A stretch of 61,391 bases of DNA, filler included. It is 10 parts of 10 records of this genome, joined end to end, with 100 filler letters (N's around TTAATTAATTAA, not from the genome) between each part and the next. Parts side by side here need not be neighbours in the genome. Positions count along the whole stretch, not along the records: positions 49,754 to 57,865 come from SRR7504441_8051; positions 57,966 to 61,391 come from SRR7504441_8058; 8 more parts are not named here. The stretch is one strand, 5' to 3'. Positions 55,701-61,391 of this stretch are shown here, piece by piece (positions within the stretch are counted from its first letter, which is position 1; each line of letters begins with the position of its first letter). The translations under genes were made by a program, and so were the position numbers. The notes below the pieces were generated by a model, which made no database searches, was not told the origin of the DNA, and saw only the letters and a program-made list of their open reading frames with translations.

Positions 55701-57863
55701 CTCATGTTCGTTGTGGTCCTGCTGCGTCGTCTAGTCTCAGTGGTCCCACCAGGGTCGTACCCACTCTGGAGCTGGCCCTACCTCCGGTGGTGGTACGGTC
55801 AACTGCTCTTCCGCACGACACATGCCGTCTCGGGCCCGCTGTTTGAGGACAGTATCTTCATGCTCTTGTGGCTGCGGCTGCTGGGCGCTCAGATCGGGGC
55901 TGGATCGCGCATCTCCATCGGCGACGGCAGCTGCTTTGAGTTGCTCTCTGTGGGTGACGAGGCAAGCTTGGGCAGCAGTCTCTACTGCCACGAGGTGTGG
56001 GACTGCCTGCTCCACATTCGACCGGTGGTGATCGGGTCGCGGTGCAGCAATGGCACCGGGAGTGTAATCCTGCCTGGAGCAGTGCTCGAGGACGATGCGC
56101 ATCTGATGCCACTGTCCTCAGTGTGCTGCGCCACCTTACCGGCCAGCAAGTGGATAGGCACTCCGCCCCAGCCCTATCTAGAGGAGAGCGAGCGAGAGAG
56201 ACGTGTTGCAGACGTGCCTGAGGATGACAGCAGGCAGTATGTGGTGCGCCAGATGCTGCAAGGTCTAGGGATTTTGCTGCTGCCCGGGCTGCTGCTCGCG
56301 ATGGCGCTACCGTCGATCTACATGATCCTTTACACGCCCGCAGGCACCATCGACTCCGACCTGTCGCTGCTGATCTTCGGGTTCCTGGGGCTGCTGCTGT
56401 GGATTCTGGTGCAGTTTGTGCTTTTTGTGCCGCTGTACTGGTTGCTGCAAGGCCGGCTGCGCGACGGGCAGAGCTGCCACAGGGACTCCTTCTTGGTGGT
56501 CCGCATGTGGCTCGTGGATTGCTTAGGGGCTAATCCTCAGTTCTGCTTGGATTACTTGCTCTCCAATGTTTCCATTAAACTATGGTACTGGGTTTTGCTT
56601 GGAGCCGAAGTTTACATGCCGTCTACAAACCTCTCCGGCCGCTATCGCTTGTCACAGGTTAGTCTGATCCAGATTGGCAGAAACACTTTTATTAGTGGTG
56701 GTGCATTCGGTCCAACATCCTCACAGGGGGCACGGTTGGATTTTCATATAATTTCAGTTGGATCCCAGTGTGACATGGCGCTCATGTCGAACATACAGGG
56801 TAATATGGAGGAGCGTAGTATGCTTGGTAGTCTAGCTTGGCTACCTCAGGGCAAATCGGTTCCAGCTGGCCATACAGGCCTGGGCACACCAGTGAGTATG
56901 TTGAAGATGGGGCATGGGCAAGAGAGTGAGAAGAAAATCCCCACCCGGCCAACTTGGAGCACCGTAGTGCTAATATCATGGGTTGTGCTTGTCATACCGC
57001 TTGTGTTCTTACTTGGTGCAGTCGCTGGCTTTGAAGCCGTGTGGGCATACGATTCTGACACCCTGCAATACATCCTCGGAGGTTGTAATCGCAACGAACT
57101 TCGGTTGGTGTACGGCACTGCAGAGCTGCCTATCAAGGAGTGTCTAGACCTCGTAGGCTCAATACTATTTTCTGCATTTAGTATCTCCAACGTTGGCGAG
57201 ACCCTAGAACGGTTGATTATCTATGCAATGTGCCTAAATTTGAGTGTGATGACTCTACCGCCATGTGTGATCGCGCTCAAGTGGATCACTATGGGACGAT
57301 ACATGCCCCATGAAACTAGAGCTCAGGATCGCCCTGACAGCGATGCGTATGACTTTCAAGAAGCCGTGCGTGGCCTAAAGTACCAGTGTGCATACTTGAT
57401 GCACATCAATGTTGCTGGCGGCACCTTGGCACTCTTGCGGGGGACGGGCATCATTACGAGTATCATAAAGCTCCTTGGTGGAGGTGTCCACCCGTTGTCC
57501 CAATTCATCGACTCGGGCAATATCCTTGATTTTGACCTTTTGACTATTGGCGAAGATTGCTGCATCAACGCAGACTCATACGTCATTGGCCACATGTTTC
57601 AATACGGCGAGTTGCAGCACAACTTTGTGGACATGGGAGCACGCTGTAACGTTGGGGCCGGCGCCATGGTAGTTCCGGGCGTCACTATCAAAGACGATGC
57701 CAGCTTGTGCACTTTGTCACGGGCATTTAATGGAGAAATTTTAGAACCAAATCGGGTGTATGCGGGTGTGCCCGCCAAGAAATTGCATGCGGCACCAAAC
57801 CAGACTGAGGGGCTTCGACGCCGTTTCCAAGGTACCCCTCTGGCTTGCTCACGACAGCCTTGA
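49755..57863 (+). CDS. AT-less PKS-like megaprotein (PKS-B): SAM-S59-SAM*-ACP-KS-KS*-S59(HFS)-ACP-ACP-Pls-type membrane terminal domain; 5' truncated
   Basis: Single open frame of at least 2700 codons from the contig edge. SAM (YADAFKMHKIDGKKLCLL..LQDLEV); ACPs GLTS, GFQS, QIKS; KS NAACAS/HGMGN/FGH; degenerate second KS; two Nup98-like autopeptidase domains; three TM + hexapeptide-repeat units (PGSYPLWSWPYLRWW, LRLLGAQIG, DFDLLTIGEDC). Confidence 0.9.
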   Translation, partial: REGLAHYADAFKMHKIDGKKLCLLDEANLQDLEVALQLDRQAILQAIACGEPAAGLTYAGLCGDQSDVKQYLPQPLNGGDTLAVNDSCMPEPMGKEAGCRQPMSPLRYALNESQEGPHHLHQSMALWNARLLELHQEVLQSPQESRARLITKVKVFEDRLHRAQDESTKPVLTKAGYFTSPSITKLRAMTADELSQVCGFLVGRVGVGCIEWDGAVDLRGANMDRDIVIERAAVEVYPVGTRPTRGMLLNRACAVTLYGISTSLVKELQPMIVAGGAESMAHDEGSRTFQFRMTHSSHYGIESSKLDQTTGIDCDMLKTYSSASLADWVRQRKWICCPVASVILAEVIIDLEIDGRQLATNCTTVVGLLSQEIGMDLEVIGHKASHAPEADECSSSETKASSSTTHEKDDGSPKGPTHDSSTTLDFVDQSIHKILGQLPPNDSNLFEFGLTSREAERLIQECRKQFATEILVTDLFANPSSAAFSTFLTAKLDSSGLPKGPQYRGPKCVPGAEHNAVKDKKGQNSHPGNCQIRENIDDGSTPPSPRIATDGMIDSVELKERPVTLPQLGYKQINIAGMACCLAHPICTPQQAWCSLLSLRCHLAQHVPNRWQQACTPACVPDAVLKGGFLRDDLETDLLNAGSVSADKAPKLDLHIRLLLDSTLRALKDASVDSASIKSKALATCTASNPSDFVLPISDFTIARSLASMLRISGPHQNHNAACASAYLAIHHALEMLKSDQCSDGVVVSGVSLLLKPDSALALFSGKVLSPSGKMRPYDVAADGMVWGEGSGALLLRLGSEHHALLAGSAANCNNSLLPAGFTSPENISRAAEEVLTKVQILPDALAVCHPHGMGNPGSDLPELAGLLKMLRGRKQNSDPVVLVGHKAAFGHSVSASGLISVVATALTMQHRKVSGHVGVSAPAQIIQDAHPNIHLPMGAPVVFTTPESAHLHGSVSGTSFSGDNVHLVVQTRDSPETLCLAGRHVQLAAITAETGSIDISTESAVTTDCKLHVVDHNPENSQEYLDLPNRNLNSKPHSFTSVPAVTTEVSLMTLQLGGRNRKHEWRQDQDLGPDTLCQIAITAMACRLPAGIDTLDDMWIFLSDCYCAITNTTPGFLEPLLEHGAVSSAAAYLEEIITTEERIDPVPAIVVDTAREALAEARLDLANTVAVFACSPVVMAAQKLVEAVGPHPTVCETVDATSTSSHLALHKAKEGLSAGTYPAALIVGATLIISNEISNPAIVSIVSSSNRVSAFDEAADGLLFGEGVAAVVLQRADVACGESHAYLLGSAVTHNGSESLDFPDEQAERRAVQLALQSSCVKPQEISFVEMTANGTPVGDDVELHAVGSVLNVEARTEPVVVGGFNANLAHPTHCCGLVSLFKAVMQLKHRQVTPNIHLHNALSPITTGQALAPVTRPHDLPPDGRILASVHGHATSGVNVHLILSSSKPADRDQRVQSAVPQAPTLYRPGYSAVPPIVQLRRMSAQQLSKVAGFKLQRVDIGSVQWEQPVDLRGADLDLVELDHAGISAAQLPCLNQPCVVHLQGMFPKPGKGLKYSGKLQRAVERRGQEWLGYDEAAGEMMFKVHHFSRIRFDDDLSDSDEARTDSSSKLRNQSSGQDSLRVYVRGNGPATQISPGTFEISESDGSESDGSTAPEQQPVGHAVKSSDQLKGAVDAFVVNSAKEIIGYAVDRDCNVFEAGFQSVDGTQLVSRCAQHFDMDVTPIDLFARPVLADFSEFLVQRLSSSVPTMLRSTAKSPLQGSGFLDSTLPKRRGDVTSTRTAGDPDADRLALASSIQSRIIPIVRQVLDVPDSVTDEDIVASHGDWFGQIKSVQAVKLARELNRQIPEMGITPLDILKCSSGAELVSCCIEKIAGVGVETHATMVEPPLLAAGPQIDTGASADNYKVRKDSVALQVAQRHSTCSTTIAALLQALGIFSLVSISAIAFLPGWLLLALAAEHIGDAAALYMLPLVFVPLLLSLMFVVVLLRRLVSVVPPGSYPLWSWPYLRWWYGQLLFRTTHAVSGPLFEDSIFMLLWLRLLGAQIGAGSRISIGDGSCFELLSVGDEASLGSSLYCHEVWDCLLHIRPVVIGSRCSNGTGSVILPGAVLEDDAHLMPLSSVCCATLPASKWIGTPPQPYLEESERERRVADVPEDDSRQYVVRQMLQGLGILLLPGLLLAMALPSIYMILYTPAGTIDSDLSLLIFGFLGLLLWILVQFVLFVPLYWLLQGRLRDGQSCHRDSFLVVRMWLVDCLGANPQFCLDYLLSNVSIKLWYWVLLGAEVYMPSTNLSGRYRLSQVSLIQIGRNTFISGGAFGPTSSQGARLDFHIISVGSQCDMALMSNIQGNMEERSMLGSLAWLPQGKSVPAGHTGLGTPVSMLKMGHGQESEKKIPTRPTWSTVVLISWVVLVIPLVFLLGAVAGFEAVWAYDSDTLQYILGGCNRNELRLVYGTAELPIKECLDLVGSILFSAFSISNVGETLERLIIYAMCLNLSVMTLPPCVIALKWITMGRYMPHETRAQDRPDSDAYDFQEAVRGLKYQCAYLMHINVAGGTLALLRGTGIITSIIKLLGGGVHPLSQFIDSGNILDFDLLTIGEDCCINADSYVIGHMFQYGELQHNFVDMGARCNVGAGAMVVPGVTIKDDASLCTLSRAFNGEILEPNRVYAGVPAKKLHAAPNQTEGLRRRFQGTPLACSRQP
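50262..50657 (+). other. Nup98/Nup145 autopeptidase (peptidase S59)-like domain 1 in PKS-B, motif variant HSS
   Basis: PVLTKAGYFTSPSITKL..VCGFLVGRVGVGCIEWDGAVDL..IVIERAAVEVYP..RPTRGMLLNRACAVTL..FQFRMTHSSHYGI parallels Nup98 ILTK.GYYTIPS..F.IGR.GYG.I.F...V.L..EV.VY..G.GLN..A.VTL..W.F.V.HFSKYGL. Confidence 0.82.
54150..54565 (+). other. Nup98/Nup145 autopeptidase (peptidase S59)-like domain 2 in PKS-B, intact HF|S site (54519-54527)
   Basis: PTLYRPGYSAVPPIVQL..LSKVAGFKLQRVDIGSVQWEQPVDL..LNQPCVVHL..KYSGKLQR..WLGYDEAAGEMMFKVHHFSRIRFDDDLSDSDE, including the acidic stretch after HFS as in Nup98. Confidence 0.85.
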
Positions 57864-58006
57864 GTNNNNNNNNNNNNNNNNNNNNNNNNNNNNNNNNNNN
57901 NNNNNNNNNTTAATTAATTAANNNNNNNNNNNNNNNNNNNNNNNNNNNNNNNNNNNNNNNNNNNNCAGGGGGGTGCCCACTTCCGATTCTAACGGCAGTC
58001 GTTGTT

Positions 58007-58732
58007 TTGGGGCTCCCGATGTCTCGCGAGTACTGGAGCCGGCAGCGGCGGACCTGGCTGGGCACCGAGATCGTGGCCGCCCCGCCCGCCGCCCAGCAAC
58101 TCGCCCTCGACTCTCGGCTGCCCCCGGGGCTCCGCCAGCCGCCGCCAGCCGACCGGCCGCTCTGGGTCGGGCTGGTGCTCCGGGGCTCTCTGGCCGACTG
58201 GCAGGCGCACCGTGCCGCCGGCCTGCTCCAGCTGGCCGACTGGCTCGGCGTCAGGAGCACCGCCCTGCTGGTCGGCACCGCCGCTGCGCACCCCTGGCGG
58301 GCCGGGCACTGCGACGTCTGGATCCGGCTGGAACCGCCTGTCGAGGTCGCCGCGGCCGCGGAGCTGCAGCGCTCAGCCGAGGAGCGGCGGCTGCGGGTGG
58401 GTGGGCTTTTAGTGCTGCAGCTGCAGTTCCGTTGCGAGCCGCCCGGGCCGGATAGCTGCAGCGGGGATGCCGCGGCGCTTCGGCGACACCGACTCAGGCG
58501 GGCGGCCGCGGCGTGCGCTGCGGTGGAGCTGAGGTCGGCAGTGGTGGGGTGGAGGCAGGGGCTGGTGCTTGCCCGGGCCGAGGGGTTTGTGAGTGTGAAG
58601 CCTTCAATGGAGGCGCTGAGGGGGCTGCTGGGCCGGCTGGAGGCGGCTGGGAGGTGGATCGAAGCAAGGAGGGTGGCTGAAATGATCCCCGTACTAGACC
58701 GTGTGGCGGCGTGGACAGATACAATCAAGTAA
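58007..58732 (+). CDS. Hypothetical protein (possibly 5' truncated)
   Basis: 241-aa GC-rich ORF whose stop is followed by an AT-rich intergenic region; no family recognised. Confidence 0.4.
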   Translation: MGLPMSREYWSRQRRTWLGTEIVAAPPAAQQLALDSRLPPGLRQPPPADRPLWVGLVLRGSLADWQAHRAAGLLQLADWLGVRSTALLVGTAAAHPWRAGHCDVWIRLEPPVEVAAAAELQRSAEERRLRVGGLLVLQLQFRCEPPGPDSCSGDAAALRRHRLRRAAAACAAVELRSAVVGWRQGLVLARAEGFVSVKPSMEALRGLLGRLEAAGRWIEARRVAEMIPVLDRVAAWTDTIK

Positions 58733-59122
58733 ACACTTCGATTCACAGCGTTTCCACCTAGTTTCTGTAGTTTCTGCCCTTCCAATCATGTGTTTAATTT
58801 GCACGTCTCAAGGGTGGACAAAAGGTTAAATAACTTAGTTGACCATGATCATTAATTTGTCGTTCGTACACGTAAACGTACAGTACTATAGTAGTACTAG
58901 AGGGATGTGTATTTTACAGATACTGTACCGAAGTCCTGCACTTAATTGTATCAGAAACTTCTGCTGTATACAACGGATCCAACATGTCTACCTACTTGTA
59001 TATCGATCTATCAAGCCCCTTGAGTTGAGCGACTTGAGCCCGGGATTGATCATAGAGAAACAATTGCAAGCGCATGCTTTCCATGAACGCAGCAAAGTGG
59101 GGTTCCGGCTGTGGAGTGCCCG

Positions 59123-59779
59123 CTACGCCCGCACAGTAATCCTGGACTCCTCCTTGATGGGAATGCAGGGATTGCGATCAGAGGAATGTGGCATCAACTG
59201 CTGACTCGGAGAAGAGCCAGCGTCCTGTTCTTCAGAGCCCATGTCGTAGGTGTGCGTTCTACTCATGGTGGCGCAGTAGAGCTCGTGGTGGCTGCGGGGC
59301 TGTGTGAGGGCGTCGACTATGTTGTTGGCGACCACCGTGAGCGGCGGGCTGCCCCTCAGGAACAGGATAGGGTTCAGGCAACTCTCGGCCATCTCAGACA
59401 GCTTGTTCGCTAGCCAAAACGCGTCCCGGGCTTTCAAGCCCAAGATGCGCAAGCTGTCCCCGGGTCCCACCGGCGCGCCCACCTGCTCGGCCACTAGCTG
59501 GACCAGCAGCTGCCGCACCGCCTCGACTAACTGCCCTCGCGCCGGCCCGATGTCGGTCGACTCTGCCCGCGCCCTCATCGCGAGATCCGCCAACCCGGTC
59601 GGCTCCAGGTCCTCCTTGTCTGCACGCGGCTCGCTGAGCAGCCGCTTCTTGCGCTTCCCGGCCCCAAGCTCCTTCTGGGATAAAGGCTCGACCGCGGCGA
59701 GGCCGGCTGAATCGGGTTGGGGCGGTCCGGCGAGGCTGAAGGCTCCGGCCAGGTGCGCCTGGTGTCGCGGTGCGGCCAT
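59123..59779 (-). CDS. Small protein containing an acyl-carrier-protein-like domain lacking the pantetheine serine
   Basis: LVEAVRQLLVQLVAEQVGAPVGPGDSLRILGLKARDAFWLANKLSEM...LNPILFL..PPLTVVANNI matches ACP helix spacing, with GLKA in place of GLDS. Confidence 0.55.
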   Translation of the reverse strand: MAAPRHQAHLAGAFSLAGPPQPDSAGLAAVEPLSQKELGAGKRKKRLLSEPRADKEDLEPTGLADLAMRARAESTDIGPARGQLVEAVRQLLVQLVAEQVGAPVGPGDSLRILGLKARDAFWLANKLSEMAESCLNPILFLRGSPPLTVVANNIVDALTQPRSHHELYCATMSRTHTYDMGSEEQDAGSSPSQQLMPHSSDRNPCIPIKEESRITVRA

Positions 59780-59929
59780 GCGCGCCTGGTTTGCGGCAGG
59801 CGCGAGTCTGCACGCCCCTCTATCAGCTGTCTATTCAATCCAGATTCAAGTCTGCCAGACTTCGAGTCTGCGCCCGCGGAATCTGCAGACACATCAGCTG
59901 CTGCAGACACAACTGTTGGTCATTATTCA

Positions 59930-60802
59930 ATGGAGCTGAGAGCGGTTCTTTCTGGGGCGGTCGCCTTAGTATGGGCGGCCACCGCGGTGAGCGGGTCGGG
60001 CGCTCCGGCCATCTCGCAGCTCAAGTCGATGGCTGGGATCTGCGTCCAGCCCCGCATCCCTGGGGTGGCCGGCACCGTGCTTGAGACCGCCAGCTGCACC
60101 GGCGGCCCAGACCAGAGGCCCCGCCCCCAACCCGCGGCCCGGTGAGCCCAGCGCAGGTGGCGGTTCGTGGACACCGACGTTCGGCCCAACGATGGCTATT
60201 TGTGCCTCACAGTAGGTGCCCGGATCCCTGCTAGCGCCCGTCTAAATCGATTGGCGCCGCAGGTCAGAGCTGGCTGGCCGAGACGGTGGTCAGCCTCCTC
60301 CCGTGCCAGAGCCCGCGCCCGGTCACCCAGAAGGTGCCCGGCCGGTGCCCCGGAGCTGAGCAGCTGGCAGTGGCACCTTAGCGTCAATCTGACCACCATA
60401 CAGCTTATCGAGACCCAGCTTTGCCTCTACGGTGATCCCACGGCCCTGTTGCTCGATCTGAGTCGATTGCACGCAGCGACCAACCCGTTAGGCGAGGGGT
60501 CCGGAGTGCGGGCGATGACGTGCGTGGGGAACCAGCGCAACCAGCAGTGGAACTACACTGATCCCAGATCGTTCAATCAGACCGGCTGCAACCCTTCGTG
60601 TGAGGGGTTCGCCGTGTGTCTCGATGGCCATTGCACGTGTGACAACGAGGTGACCGGGAAGGACCAATTTGGGCAGCAGTGTGAGATGGAGTGCCTGAAT
60701 TACTGCTTCGACGACAGTGGGAACGAGTATTGTTGTGTGAGTAAGCAAACGCCGATCGCCGGGACACCTCATGAGCTATCTTACAAGCCGAAGGTCGGCT
60801 AA
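59930..60802 (+). CDS. Secreted ricin-B (beta-trefoil) lectin with C-terminal EGF-like cysteine-rich region
   Basis: Signal peptide; three C...C..QxW repeats (DQRW, TQKW, NQQW) after splicing three short introns; CNPSCEGFAVCLDGHCTC..FGQQCE. Confidence 0.72.
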
Positions 60803-60865
60803 CTCCTCATTTTAAGTGCGGGTTGTATGCGCCTCGGGAGTCAAATTGTAAATTGATTGTAAAGT

Positions 60866-60934
60866 ATGTATCATTGATGTATCATTGATGTATTAAAAAG
60901 CTATTGTTTCGTGCAGTTTTCACGCAGTTTTCAC
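60866..60934. repeat. Two short 11-nt tandem duplications in a convergent 3' intergenic region
   Basis: ATGTATCATTG x2.5 (60866-60893) and GCAGTTTTCAC x2 (60913-60934). Confidence 0.7.
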
Positions 60935-61391
60935 GTTTTGATCGAGCTGCAGTACCTTCGGGGTTGCCGTCGCCTTCATGCGTAGACTAATCTCGCTCAG
61001 ACCGGGGCCACGATGCCCTCCCCCCTCTTGCGCCGGGCCTCCGACTCGGCGAGCCTGGCCGCCTCCAAGGCACGTGCTTTCTCAGCCTGCTCCCTCTCGC
61101 ATCTGGCCCACCGCAGCCTCAGCCACACGCCAGCCCGTTCGGCTGCACCGCTCGAGGTCCTCCAGCAGCCGTTTCTCCATCAGCGCCTGGTCACCCAGCG
61201 GGGCTCTCGCTCCGGACCGCAGGCCGGCGCCACCTGGCATATCGCGGTGAGGCGATCCACGATCTCCTTAGTGTCGCCGACCGCATCAAACGAGTACGTC
61301 CTACCCGGGGTCAGCATGCCCGGGGCGGTGGCGGCTGCCGGGTCTTCTTTTCGGCGGCCTTGGTGCCCGGCTGGATCTCGTACAGCTCGAG

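Noticed and set aside
49755-57863. Annotation as nucleoporin Nup98-Nup96
   Set aside because: No FG/GLFG repeats, GLEBS or Nup96 region are visible; the S59 domains are flanked by PKS domains.
15166-57965. Recurrent TTAATTAATTAA flanked by N runs as a biological repeat or CRISPR-like array
   Set aside because: Identical 100-nt artificial spacers with six-frame stops; ORFs ending in XXXX-LIN are artefacts, and genes on either side are not linked.
60950-61391. Minus-strand 3' gene fragment with a PH-like end (TYSFDA..EIVDRL)
   Set aside because: Too short and truncated by the window to call.

Overview
Eukaryotic (protist-like) genomic DNA made of ten unlinked contigs joined by artificial 100-nt spacers (N44-TTAATTAATTAA-N44). 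It is gene-dense, with divergent gene pairs only about 40-200 nt apart and very short introns (35-48 nt) that often use GC donors, so the six-frame ORF track fragments most genes. Recognisable genes: voltage-gated Ca2+ channel (partial), ThDP-dependent acetolactate-synthase-like enzyme, CLASP/TOG-like protein, MAP kinase, PX-domain protein, Patched/NPC1-like protein, ankyrin-PhyH dioxygenase, MINPP1-like phosphatase, SPB1, a bHLH-PAS factor, a DYRK1-like kinase and a ricin-B/EGF protein. The standout features are two contigs of giant AT-less type I PKS genes. PKS-A (19438-29881, one gene once a 48-nt intron is removed) carries an in-cis eukaryotic-type HMG-CoA synthase, crotonase domains and a luciferase-like monooxygenase. 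PKS-B (49755-57863) combines SAM, ACP and KS domains with two Nup98/Nup145-type autopeptidase (S59) domains, one with an intact HF|S self-cleavage motif, and ends in an epsilon-poly-L-lysine-synthetase-type membrane domain. PKS-B is a candidate self-processing polyketide megasynthase. All domain calls come from motif recognition by eye; no searches were run.
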